Shown piece after piece: positions 1 through 8,617 of a stretch of DNA of 27,226 nt. The stretch is from a virus (taxonomy: Duplodnaviria > Caudoviricetes), in IMG/VR virus record IMGVR_UViG_3300032220_001536, positions 1 to 27,226 of that record; one strand, 5' to 3'. Position 1 is the stretch's first letter. Each line of letters starts with the position of its first letter. The notes below the pieces were generated by a model. It had not been told where the DNA came from. It was given only the letters and a program-made list of their open reading frames with translations, and made no database searches. Made by a program: the position numbers and the translations under genes.

Positions 1-270
1 ATGACTGACCACATTCCCAACGATCTCAGCCACCTCAGCGATTCAGAGTTCCATTCACTCTGCCCACAAGGTGAACACGCGCCGGGACCAGAGCCTCTTT
101 CCCACGCCGCGCAGGCAGTACGTAAGGCGTATTACAGCACTGACGATTACCTAGCTGGTCCAGCACTTGCCGCCGCCCTGCGAGCTGCTGCGCCAATGAT
201 GGAGTGTGTGCAAGATCACCTAAAACTCCTCGCTATCGCCGACGAGCTGGAGGCATTGCCCAATGACTGA
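1..270 (+). CDS. Small hypothetical phage protein (AQAV...AAALRA...AIADEL paralog 1)
   Basis: 89 aa ORF; shares LSxxAQAVxxAY / AAALRAAA / LxAIADELE motifs with the ORFs at 1038 and 1392. Confidence 0.75.
   Translation: MTDHIPNDLSHLSDSEFHSLCPQGEHAPGPEPLSHAAQAVRKAYYSTDDYLAGPALAAALRAAAPMMECVQDHLKLLAIADELEALPND
247..268 (+). repeat. 22-bp gene-junction direct repeat, copy 1 (CTGGAGGCATTGCCCAATGACT)
   Basis: Identical to 1022-1043; contains a GGAGG Shine-Dalgarno and the ATG of the next gene. Confidence 0.9.
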
Positions 271-484
271 CTTTCGCGCCAAACTACAGCGATTGGTGAA
301 GGCGTATGACGAACATGGCGGGAAGTGGCCCGACCACCATGAACAGGCGCTTTTTCAAGCCGTTGAAGACGCCCGCGCCGCCCTGGCTGAGCAGCCGGTG
401 TGGCCGATGGATAAGCTCGACCGGCTGATTGCTCTGGACCGAGACGACCCCGCCAACGACCTGCCGGTGCCTGCCAATGTCTAA
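263..484 (+). CDS. Small hypothetical phage protein
   Basis: 73 aa; GGAGG upstream; start overlaps the previous gene's end. Confidence 0.7.
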   Translation: MTDFRAKLQRLVKAYDEHGGKWPDHHEQALFQAVEDARAALAEQPVWPMDKLDRLIALDRDDPANDLPVPANV

Positions 485-689
485 CCTTTCTCCCCAGCAA
501 CAAGAACTGTTGGAAAGATTTAAAGAATCCGACACTGTTTGTGCAAAAGCATATGCTATTTACAAACAAAGTTTTGACCCTGTTGGACTAAACTGGACAG
601 CATACCGCCAAGCACATCATGCTTCTGTAAAAAGAATGTCTGACTGCATGAAAGCAAAATTCAATCCTTACGATTATTTCAAACCATGA
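477..689 (+). CDS. Small hypothetical phage protein (MSNLSPQQQ...)
   Basis: ATG at 477 overlaps the end of the previous ORF and is preferred to the track start at 429. Confidence 0.65.
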   Translation: MSNLSPQQQELLERFKESDTVCAKAYAIYKQSFDPVGLNWTAYRQAHHASVKRMSDCMKAKFNPYDYFKP

Positions 690-1045
690 ACAACCAACAC
701 CCAATCACCCCACCACCAGATCTAACGGATAAATGGAACAACCTTCCATTGAGCACTCAAGAAATCTTTGTGATGGTTGCCCGCTGGGGCGCCGACCAGG
801 AGTTGAATGCTTGTTGTGAGTGGTTGCAAGATCCCGATCTAAATGTGGACACTTACAAACTTCGCGCCGCCCGCCGCCAGGGCAAGGTGCAGCTGATCGA
901 TGCCACCAGCTGGTTCAAGCCGCTGAGCTTGAAGGAGCAGGCGCTTGAAGCGTTGGAAACGCTAAACCAAGCGTGGATTATGCCAAAGGAACTGGAAGCT
1001 GTAATCGCCATCCGTCGCGCACTGGAGGCATTGCCCAATGACTAA
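686..1045 (+). CDS. Hypothetical phage protein (HPITPPP...WGADQEL...LKEQAL type)
   Basis: 119 aa; ATGA overlap with the previous gene; ends LEALPND exactly like ORF 1-270. Confidence 0.75.
   Translation: MNNQHPITPPPDLTDKWNNLPLSTQEIFVMVARWGADQELNACCEWLQDPDLNVDTYKLRAARRQGKVQLIDATSWFKPLSLKEQALEALETLNQAWIMPKELEAVIAIRRALEALPND
1022..1043 (+). repeat. 22-bp gene-junction direct repeat, copy 2
   Basis: Identical to 247-268. Confidence 0.9.
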
Positions 1046-1271
1046 CCTCTCCCCCACCGCTCAGGCAGTGTTGGATGCTTATAAAAACGCTCCAGACTTG
1101 ACGCTTGACGGTGATCCTGACGAAGTAGAACGGCGCCTTGGTTTAGCCGCCGCCTTTCGCGCTGTATCAGAGCATGGCGAGTTCGTGATACTTGATGATT
1201 CGGGAAACGGAGATTTCGTGGTGAAGGTGGATTTCCTTCGCGCCATCGCCAAAGAACTGGAGGGTGCCTGA
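1038..1271 (+). CDS. Small hypothetical phage protein (paralog 2)
   Basis: 77 aa: LSPTAQAVLDAY...LAAAFRAV...LRAIAKELEGA. Confidence 0.75.
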   Translation: MTNLSPTAQAVLDAYKNAPDLTLDGDPDEVERRLGLAAAFRAVSEHGEFVILDDSGNGDFVVKVDFLRAIAKELEGA

Positions 1272-1399
1272 TGGCTACGACAACGCTGCTAATCGGCACG
1301 GCCATTTACATGGGGTTGGGCATGGCTATAATCCCCGCGTGCATGTGGCTATCAAACAAAACCTGCAATGCCCTTGAAAGGAGATGGAACCATGACTAA
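1271..1399 (+). CDS. Small predicted membrane protein, 42 aa (not in ORF track)
   Basis: Manual translation MATTTLLIGTAIYMGLGMAIIPACMWLSNKTCNALERRWNHD; TGATG overlap upstream, GGAGG RBS, one hydrophobic stretch, overlaps the next start. Confidence 0.65.
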   Translation: MATTTLLIGTAIYMGLGMAIIPACMWLSNKTCNALERRWNHD

Positions 1400-1568
1400 C
1401 TTCTTCCCCGCCGCGCAGGCCGTCAAAGACGCCGCTGTTGACGCTTACTGGCTATTCCACCCCGCCCAAGTTGCCGCCGCCCTTCGCGCTGCTGCAAGTC
1501 AACTGACAAGCGCAAAGGCGAGTAACAAGCTTCGTGCCATCGCCGACGAGCTGGCAGGGCACGCATAA
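1392..1568 (+). CDS. Small hypothetical phage protein (paralog 3)
   Basis: ATG 1392 after AAGGAG; FPAAQAVKDA...VAAALRAAA...LRAIADELAG. Confidence 0.7.
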   Translation: MTNFFPAAQAVKDAAVDAYWLFHPAQVAAALRAAASQLTSAKASNKLRAIADELAGHA

Positions 1569-1684
1569 AAAACACACAGCAAATCAGCGCTAAGCCGAAC
1601 TGCTGCGTAAAACGTATTCTCAACCCTTGCTCGCCGTAACCCCGAGATCGCAGTCCTACCAGTCGCTCTGAGCGAGGCTGCTCC

Positions 1685-2011
1685 CTAACCAGCCTCTTCT
1701 TCCTCCTCGGTCATCCACTCATGGATCTCGCCCTCCCTGTGGGCACACCAGAAAGCCTGGTTCCGGTACCACTCGGACCAATCCGAGGCTCCCTTCCTCG
1801 AGTTGCAATCCAAGCAACAGGCCACGAGATTCCGAGGATGGGTCAATCCACCCTTAATCCTGGGCACCACGTGATCAAGCGTCGCGCACTTACCCAGCTC
1901 ATCCCCGCAATAGGCGCAAGCAGCATCCCAGCGCCTAAGAATGGCCTGCCGGAATCGCTCCTTGGCAGTTTTTTTAGGCACGAGATTAGATCCATCGATC
2001 TGATGATCCAC
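1685..2011 (-). CDS. HNH endonuclease
   Basis: CAYCG...TLDHVVPRIKGG...NLVACCLDCNSRKG: HNH motif with two CxxC pairs. Confidence 0.92.
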   Translation of the reverse strand: MDHQIDGSNLVPKKTAKERFRQAILRRWDAACAYCGDELGKCATLDHVVPRIKGGLTHPRNLVACCLDCNSRKGASDWSEWYRNQAFWCAHREGEIHEWMTEEEEEAG

Positions 2012-2099
2012 CGAGGACTAACAGCGCCTTAACTGCAGGGTATCGAGGACGCGTTACAAACAAAAATAATGATATATGGCTAAAAGCCTGTGCCCAAAC

Positions 2100-2214
2100 T
2101 CGATCTTTCTGCATCGTTAATCGATCTTTCTGCACAACCACTCGATATATCTGCCACAGCACTCGATCTTTCTGCATCAAAACTCGATCTTTCTACACCA
2201 TACAAAAAGATCGA
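2100..2214. repeat. Five phased direct repeats (core TCGATCTTTCTGCA, 21-bp period) plus one inverted partial copy
   Basis: Core starts at 2100, 2121, 2142 (variant TCGATATATCTGC), 2163 and 2184 (variant TCGATCTTTCTACA); AAAGATCGA at 2206-2214 is the reverse complement of the core start. Confidence 0.92.
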
Positions 2215-2259
2215 CAAAAGTCCATAAACTTGTACGTAAGGTCGCATTCCATAGTCGTC

Positions 2260-4092
2260 GTGTCCCAAACAACTTCCGAAGAATTCCGGAACGACGGAGC
2301 CCTAGTCAATGTTTTGACTGGAATGGGAATGTCTTCGAAGGATCGAACAGTCTTTACGGGTATTGCCACACCTTCTTTCCTTGGACAATCAGATCTTGAG
2401 GCTCTGTACTCCCACGGAATCCCCCGGCGTTACGTCGATGCCATCTCCGACGAGATCCTGAGGCACCACACCACCATCACCCTGGGTGGGGATGAAGATC
2501 CCAATGCCAACGACACCATCTCGGCATTTGAAGAATTCCTTAAGGACAGCCAGTTCCACCAGGCCCTAGCCGAAGTCATCAAGCTGCAGCGTCTGTACGG
2601 GGGAGCCGGCCTGGTCCTCCTCATCGACGACGGAGTGGAAGATCCAGCCGAGCCTGTTAATACAAACAACATCCGCGGCATCAACGGGTACATCCCTCTC
2701 TCCCGTTGGGAACTGCTCCCTGAGGACTTCACGATCACGGACTGGTCTAAGCCCACCCATTACCGGATCACCACCAGCCAAAAGATCACAGACGACCAGA
2801 GAGCCGCCTACGTCAACGTTCGGATCCACCACACCCGGGTGGCCCGCTTCGATGGCATGTACCTGCCCTGGCGTGTCCGAGTACGGAACACCGGCTGGGG
2901 TCAGTCCGTCCTCCAGCTGATTTGGGAGTCGTACAAGCGCTACGAGTCCGCCATGGCCGGCCTCGAGAGCATGACCTCCGATGCGGACCTCTTTGTTCAC
3001 AAGATGCCGGGACTGTTCCAACGGATTGCTGCAGGAAACGAAAGCGACCTGCGCAAGCGCCTCGAGGCCAACAACCTGAGCCGCTCGGTCTACGGCGGCA
3101 TGGTGGTCGATAAGGAAGAGGAAGTGGAGTTCCTCAACAGAGCCCTCGCCAACATTGCCAACGCCACCGATCCCTTCGTCAAGGATCTGCAGGCAGCCAC
3201 CGGCTGGCCCGCCTCGATCTTGATGGGTGATTCCCCTGGTGGTCTGGGCAAGGAAGGCCGCTTCGAAGAACGGGTCTGGGCTTCCCTGGTCGAGCAATGG
3301 CAGGAGGTCTACTGCCGCACCCCGATCACGGAGATCTTCACCTACATCCTGGCCAGCAAGCAGGGCCCCACCCGAGGACGCATCCCGCCCTCCTGGGCGA
3401 CCAGCTTCACCAGCGTGTTCACGCAGACGGATGAGGAGAAAGCCGCCTTACGTCTCCAAATAGCGCAGGTGGATTCCCAGTACATCAATCTCGGGGTGCT
3501 CAATGCCCTCGAGGTGCGTGAAGCCCGCTTTGGTGGCACCGAATACTCGATCGAGACAACGCTAAACCAAGCAGTCACTGACCAGCTGATCGCCAGTGCT
3601 GATGCCCAGTTCCAAACCCAGATGATGGGTTACCAAGCCCAGCAGGAGGCAGCCCTAAATCCTCCGGAACAGGCTGGTGTACTCCCACCAGGCGAGACCA
3701 CTGAAGAAGAGCAACCCCAGCCTGAAGAGAAGACCAAGCAGGACAACTTCGATTCCTACGAAGCCCAGGGCCTGCGCATCCGTGTTTCGCACGTAGTCGG
3801 TGACCTCAAAGCTGGGTATCTGGTAGGTCCTGATGGCCAACGCACCGATACCAGTGCCAACGCACCCTTGATGGTGTTTGGTCCCCACCGAGCTCGGAGC
3901 TACAAGCTCTACCGCGCTCATTTCGTCTGTGACGGAGCCTTGCTTGATGGCCCCTATGCCACAGGCTTCGCCTCACTCAAAGCAGCCAAAGCCGGGATTG
4001 CAACTTTCTTCCCTCGACAGAATGTGGCAGGACTGTCCCCTGTTCCCGAGGGCGAAGTTGAAGCTCTCCGTGCCGCCTGGGAGGTGTACTAA
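2260..4092 (+). CDS. Portal protein (DUF1073-like) with C-terminal extension
   Basis: Motifs DGALVNVLTGMG..KD, RLYGG, IHHTRV, GWGQSVL, AATGWPASILMGDSPGGL; position at the start of the head module. GTG 2260 preferred over TTG 2230. Confidence 0.88.
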   Translation: MSQTTSEEFRNDGALVNVLTGMGMSSKDRTVFTGIATPSFLGQSDLEALYSHGIPRRYVDAISDEILRHHTTITLGGDEDPNANDTISAFEEFLKDSQFHQALAEVIKLQRLYGGAGLVLLIDDGVEDPAEPVNTNNIRGINGYIPLSRWELLPEDFTITDWSKPTHYRITTSQKITDDQRAAYVNVRIHHTRVARFDGMYLPWRVRVRNTGWGQSVLQLIWESYKRYESAMAGLESMTSDADLFVHKMPGLFQRIAAGNESDLRKRLEANNLSRSVYGGMVVDKEEEVEFLNRALANIANATDPFVKDLQAATGWPASILMGDSPGGLGKEGRFEERVWASLVEQWQEVYCRTPITEIFTYILASKQGPTRGRIPPSWATSFTSVFTQTDEEKAALRLQIAQVDSQYINLGVLNALEVREARFGGTEYSIETTLNQAVTDQLIASADAQFQTQMMGYQAQQEAALNPPEQAGVLPPGETTEEEQPQPEEKTKQDNFDSYEAQGLRIRVSHVVGDLKAGYLVGPDGQRTDTSANAPLMVFGPHRARSYKLYRAHFVCDGALLDGPYATGFASLKAAKAGIATFFPRQNVAGLSPVPEGEVEALRAAWEVY

Positions 4093-7000
4093 TGGACAAC
4101 CAACAGCAAGACACCACCAGAGCAGCCGCTTACCTTGCAGCTAAAGAGCGCCTGGACCTGCGGGGTGCCAAGTCCACCCGCACGGGCAAGACCCGTAACA
4201 CCATCAACTGCACAGCAGGCAACAAGCGTTGCGGAAACCGGTGCATCCCTAACAACTGGGACTGCCGGCTTGAGGGAAAAGGAACCAATTCCGATCTAAG
4301 TGCCCACTCTCAGGATTTGCTTGCGGGTACCGCCAAGCTGCAGCGAGGCTCGAGGGATCTGATCAAAGGTCTCAGCACAGCAAACCCAGAGCTGATTAAC
4401 CGAGGACGTAACTCGTTAGTACTAGGGGCTGTCAAAATTGCTCCAGGTGACAAGCTCGACAAGAAAAAGCAACTCAAACAGGACATTCTTCGCAACACAC
4501 GTCCTGTAGTTACGGTTCTAACCCTAGGTGTCTTGGGCCTAGCTGCTCACCGGGGGCTAAAGAAAACTTGGCCTGGCTACGCCAATGGAATGGGCCGCAA
4601 ATTAGATGACGCTGTCAAGCATGGGTACAACAGTGTCCTAGACCGCACACCCATTGTTGGGGCTAGGCGGGCAGCCATCCGAGCCACTGGCTTTGGTGCG
4701 GTTCAACAAGGTAGCAGGCAACTCCTAAAGGGCAACGAACTAGCCCGCAAGACCAGTGCAATGGCTAATAGCAATCCACTGAAGCCTGGGCTTGCAGCAA
4801 CAGTGGGCATCAGTGCTGACACCAGGGGTTCGTCATTGATAAACAAGTACGACGAAATGGTTAGGGGTGCCAAGGGATCAGTCAATAGAGATACATGGAT
4901 ACAAAAGGGACGTCAGCTTGTCTACGATGCAAAAGACAAGAAGGGCAATAGTGTTTACTCAACAGATGCAAGTGCTTATTTATTGACAAAACAATTCGGG
5001 CTTGACCCCAGGGGCATGATCGGAGATCGAGTCCGCTCAAGCTACACAACTACAGCACGCAGAGAGATTCTACAGATAAGACTGGGGAATCATTTCAACG
5101 AGCTATCAACAGCTATGAGACGGGACATGGAAGTCCGCGGCATGGATGTCAAACAGTACACCGAAAGCGTGCTGAAGCCTCAAATTGCAACCTCCACAAT
5201 GTGGATACCCGTTGCCGGTGACCGCAAAGCAGCGTCTCAACAGTCGGAGCAATTCCTAACAAGACTAATCACCAAAAATACAATTTCAGACCACAAAGAC
5301 CACGCCAATGAAATCATTAAAAAGACGGAAACTCATTTCAACACAGTATTTAACGACCTTTCTCTGAACTTAAATCGTAATGCGGCCAGTTCTGAGTCTC
5401 CAGCGGATGAAGCAACACTGGGATTTGCTCGTTTTCTGTCTACAAACTCACGCGGACCTGCCGTACGAGTCGTTAACAACGAACATGCAGACCTTTACCT
5501 CGAGGGCGTTTTTCGCCGACGAGTTAATGGACAAAACGATCCAATCGTTATCTCACGTCCGACTGCCGTTCGTGTAGCAAAAGCAGTAGCAGGCCACGCT
5601 ACGAATCCAACTCCAGAACAGGCACTTCAAATTCTTAAGGTTCAAGGTGGTATCAACGCAACTTATGCCGCATCGACTGGCCGTGTTCGCGTCCAGCAAA
5701 GCCTGACGGAAAGAGCACGCCAGCTGATGGCAACCGGAAACCTGAGCTACGAAGCTGCCCTCCGTCAGGCACGCAAAGAGGCCACTGCTCGCGGTGATTC
5801 CGACGACAGCGGAATTCCCCCACGGGTTGAAGCTTACCTTGAAGCTCGCACCGATCTCAAGGAGAACCCCCGCCTGGGAAAGACCTGTGGGGAGTCCCAT
5901 ATCCCCAAATCGCATAAGTGCACGAAGGGGATAGGTGCTTCTACGCAGAGTGCGGTCTCCAAGCATCAAGCTGCAAAGATCGCCGCCATTTCGGGTGGTG
6001 TCCTTCTGGCAGGTGCTCTCCTCACCGGCCTCGGTGTCAACCAGGCCAAGGTAAACAGATACCGATCGAACGTAAGTGAGTCCGCCATCAAGGCCGAAGT
6101 TCTTGCCAAAACAATGATGGACGAGATGCGTCAATCCGCGGCTCAGCGTCTAGGCAAAGACGTCAAAGACGTCACCGGCTTTGAGGCGTCAGTCTACAAC
6201 TTCAAGGACTCAGGACATGACCGCGGCTTTGGTAGCAACGACAAGGCCCCGGCCTACTTTGGCCAAACCCCGAACAGCCGAGGTGGCGTCGTGATGCTCA
6301 GCTACGCCGACGACAACCGATTTACCCGCCAGGGTCAGGGCAGCTACAAGATGGCCAAAGGTGGAGCCTTTCAAGAGATCTGGGGTGAGCACGATGTCCT
6401 GCCCTTTGCTAACAGTATTTCGCAGCCAAGCCGGCGCAGCCCAGACGACATGACCATGCAAGCCCGAGAACGGGTGGTCAAGGCTGCTGGACCGTTAGGA
6501 GGTGCAGTCAAGGGAGCTGTTAATACGAAAGAAGCTTTCTCAAACTTTGATTACTTAAGCGAAAATATCAACCGCCGGGGTCACAATCCGGATGCAATTA
6601 GGGCGGCTGCCTTTGTCGTGGCCCAACGCCGCCTCACCGGCAAGCCAATCAACTTGATGTCGTATAGCAACGGTGGAAACGTTGCCAGCGAGACCCTGGC
6701 CATCCTAAAAGACATGGGCTATAGGGACGTCAAAGTAATCAATATCGCTGGTCCCACCTTCGGTGTTTTCTCCCATAGTCGTGACCAGATGCGGACTTGG
6801 GTTAGCCGGGGCGACGAGTTCTGGTCGATGGGACGCAGTGCTGCATTTCAGGGTAGCAACATCCAGTTCCTCCGCAACTCCAACATTCCTCACGGACTAA
6901 CGGCCAAAACCGATCCCAACAATCGCGAGAACGGGGCCAATTGGAAGGCCAACTTCAAGGCAAAAAACAGCTACTTACTGGACGAGCAGCTGCAACGGGA

Positions 7001-7322
7001 GGCCCACCAGTTCCTGACCGTGGACAACCGCCGTTCTAGAGAGCTTGCTGATGAATTCATCTGGCGTTCAGCAGAGCGCAAGCCATTTGAGGGTGACCTA
7101 GACACGCTGTTGGGTGCGCGTGCCACCTCCGTTGCTGCCACCTACCGTCAAAAGCGTAAGGCCAACCTCGAAGCCGCCGACAATTGGCTACGCGACGAGC
7201 TTGAGAAAAGCATGATTGACAAGTGGTACGGAGGCTACAACGCCAAGACTGTGAAGAACCGCCAGAAAGAAATACAGCGAGACCTTCAAGAGCAAATCCA
7301 TGGTAAAAAAAGCGCCGCGTAG
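4092..7322 (+). CDS. Large two-module putative head cargo protein (ORF A); C-terminal alpha/beta-hydrolase-like domain
   Basis: 1076 aa; two CG-x3-I-x5-C motifs (4230-4265, 5886-5921), each followed by a hydrophobic segment; NLMSYSNGGNVA nucleophile-elbow-like motif. The ORF is solid; its function is inferred. Confidence 0.7.
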   Translation: MDNQQQDTTRAAAYLAAKERLDLRGAKSTRTGKTRNTINCTAGNKRCGNRCIPNNWDCRLEGKGTNSDLSAHSQDLLAGTAKLQRGSRDLIKGLSTANPELINRGRNSLVLGAVKIAPGDKLDKKKQLKQDILRNTRPVVTVLTLGVLGLAAHRGLKKTWPGYANGMGRKLDDAVKHGYNSVLDRTPIVGARRAAIRATGFGAVQQGSRQLLKGNELARKTSAMANSNPLKPGLAATVGISADTRGSSLINKYDEMVRGAKGSVNRDTWIQKGRQLVYDAKDKKGNSVYSTDASAYLLTKQFGLDPRGMIGDRVRSSYTTTARREILQIRLGNHFNELSTAMRRDMEVRGMDVKQYTESVLKPQIATSTMWIPVAGDRKAASQQSEQFLTRLITKNTISDHKDHANEIIKKTETHFNTVFNDLSLNLNRNAASSESPADEATLGFARFLSTNSRGPAVRVVNNEHADLYLEGVFRRRVNGQNDPIVISRPTAVRVAKAVAGHATNPTPEQALQILKVQGGINATYAASTGRVRVQQSLTERARQLMATGNLSYEAALRQARKEATARGDSDDSGIPPRVEAYLEARTDLKENPRLGKTCGESHIPKSHKCTKGIGASTQSAVSKHQAAKIAAISGGVLLAGALLTGLGVNQAKVNRYRSNVSESAIKAEVLAKTMMDEMRQSAAQRLGKDVKDVTGFEASVYNFKDSGHDRGFGSNDKAPAYFGQTPNSRGGVVMLSYADDNRFTRQGQGSYKMAKGGAFQEIWGEHDVLPFANSISQPSRRSPDDMTMQARERVVKAAGPLGGAVKGAVNTKEAFSNFDYLSENINRRGHNPDAIRAAAFVVAQRRLTGKPINLMSYSNGGNVASETLAILKDMGYRDVKVINIAGPTFGVFSHSRDQMRTWVSRGDEFWSMGRSAAFQGSNIQFLRNSNIPHGLTAKTDPNNRENGANWKANFKAKNSYLLDEQLQREAHQFLTVDNRRSRELADEFIWRSAERKPFEGDLDTLLGARATSVAATYRQKRKANLEAADNWLRDELEKSMIDKWYGGYNAKTVKNRQKEIQRDLQEQIHGKKSAA

Positions 7323-8206
7323 TGGAGCTAATTGAGCAGTACAACCAGATCCTCCGCACCACCGAGGACGGAACCATGCGGCGGCTCAACCGCGTCCTCG
7401 ATCAGTCCTTCAACCACATCGTGCGCCGCACGCGCATCCAAATGAAGGCTGGGTACAGCGATGCCCAGCAACGCAACCTGGCCCTGCTTCAAGAATTCCG
7501 GAATCTCGTCCCTGCCTACCGCCCGGACCGGGTCGATGCCTATGACCGGCTGCTTCGCACCTTGTTAGGAGACGCAAGCCGCTCGGGCCTCGATGTGGCC
7601 AGCCAACTGACCGAGCAAATGACCCCGGGCAAGCCCCGGATCGACGTATCCATCCCCCTGGATGCCACGGTCTCCGCCGCCGCCCAAGCCAAGGGCTACC
7701 TGCGCAAACACGGTGAGACCTTCGCCACCAAAGCAGCTGAGGTCGTAGCCAAAGGCATTGCCGAAGGTCGTGCCACCGACTCAATGGTCCAGGACATGCG
7801 CCTACGCCTGGGTGTGGTCAAGTCCAGAGCCGATGTCATCGTCCGCACCGAAACCCTGCGGGCCTACAACGACGCCTCGAACAACTACTACGCCAACCAG
7901 GGCATCGATCTGGTGATGTACTACGCCACTGCTGATGATCGCAGCTGCCCTTATTGCGCACCGAGGGCGGGCAAGATCTACAAACGCCAAGAGATCAAGG
8001 TCCCTTTGCACCCCCGGTGCCGGTGCTTCCTATCCCCCTGGGACCCCGACATTGCCCAGATGGACCCGGACTACACAGCCAAACGGGCCAAACACAGCAA
8101 AGAAGTCGCCCAAGCCATCGGCAAAAACGGCACCACCGAGGCCGTAAACCTCAGTCGTGCCGCTGTGTTCGAGCAGGTTGCCCCGACTCCTGTTAGTCCT
8201 ACTTGA
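7322..8206 (+). CDS. Head morphogenesis protein, Mu gpF / SPP1 gp7 family (short MuF, no toxin extension)
   Basis: RADVIVRTETLRAYN, DDRSCPYC, PLHPRCRC motifs. Confidence 0.9.
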   Translation: MELIEQYNQILRTTEDGTMRRLNRVLDQSFNHIVRRTRIQMKAGYSDAQQRNLALLQEFRNLVPAYRPDRVDAYDRLLRTLLGDASRSGLDVASQLTEQMTPGKPRIDVSIPLDATVSAAAQAKGYLRKHGETFATKAAEVVAKGIAEGRATDSMVQDMRLRLGVVKSRADVIVRTETLRAYNDASNNYYANQGIDLVMYYATADDRSCPYCAPRAGKIYKRQEIKVPLHPRCRCFLSPWDPDIAQMDPDYTAKRAKHSKEVAQAIGKNGTTEAVNLSRAAVFEQVAPTPVSPT

Positions 8207-8381
8207 AGCCAGGCAGGCGTTGGAGCAGTTTGATCAAGGGCTTCATGGCCTCGAGCTGGGCGTCGATGGCCTCGAGCAGACTCTCAATCCTCTTCAGGCG
8301 TGCAATCGCATCGTCCGCCCGAGTGATCAGGGGAGCGGCTGCCTCTTGGACCTCAGAACCTAGAAAGCTACCGAGTCCCAT
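8199..8381 (-). CDS. Small coiled-coil-like hypothetical protein
   Basis: 60 aa amphipathic helix; ATG overlaps the TGA of the upstream minus-strand gene (TGATG). Confidence 0.65.
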   Translation of the reverse strand: MGLGSFLGSEVQEAAAPLITRADDAIARLKRIESLLEAIDAQLEAMKPLIKLLQRLPGFK

Positions 8382-8521
8382 CACTTCTTAGGAAAAAGGA
8401 CTTTAAGGACGCTAAAAATGAGTTGAAGCCAAGAGTTAGCTTTCAGCGAAGGCGTAATCGCCATAATCTCTGATCCAGCTGCCACAACGACAGCAATAAC
8501 AGCAACAGTTTGAACGCTCAT
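8381..8521 (-). CDS. Small membrane protein, holin-like, 46 aa (not in ORF track)
   Basis: Manual translation MSVQTVAVIAVVVAAGSEIMAITPSLKANSWLQLIFSVLKVLFPKK: two hydrophobic/amphipathic segments and a basic C-terminus. The holin role is inferred. Confidence 0.65.
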   Translation of the reverse strand: MSVQTVAVIAVVVAAGSEIMAITPSLKANSWLQLIFSVLKVLFPKK

Positions 8522-8617
8522 AGTGAAAGTGTCACTGTTACCAGCTTATGGACCCTGATGTAAAACACCATCGCTAAGCTGGCCTATACAGAGTGGGCCA
8601 AAGGCGCCCTCTTCGCC

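Noticed and set aside
1570-1684. Structured RNA or tRNA between convergent genes
   Set aside because: Only a weak ~8-bp stem (CCTTGCTC/GAGCGAGG); no cloverleaf or recognisable family.
2100-2204. Repeat array as a CRISPR or mini-array
   Set aside because: Repeats are ~14 bp with ~7-bp spacers, far too short, and no cas genes are present.
1986-2268. Minus-strand ORFs with MQKDR or AERSS repeats
   Set aside because: They are translations of the 21-bp DNA repeat, with no independent coding support.
7305-7324. A7 run at the end of ORF A fusing it to MuF in the -1 frame
   Set aside because: The phase (GGT AAA AAA AGC) does not form X XXY YYZ, and MuF has its own GTG overlapping the stop; translational coupling is the simpler explanation.
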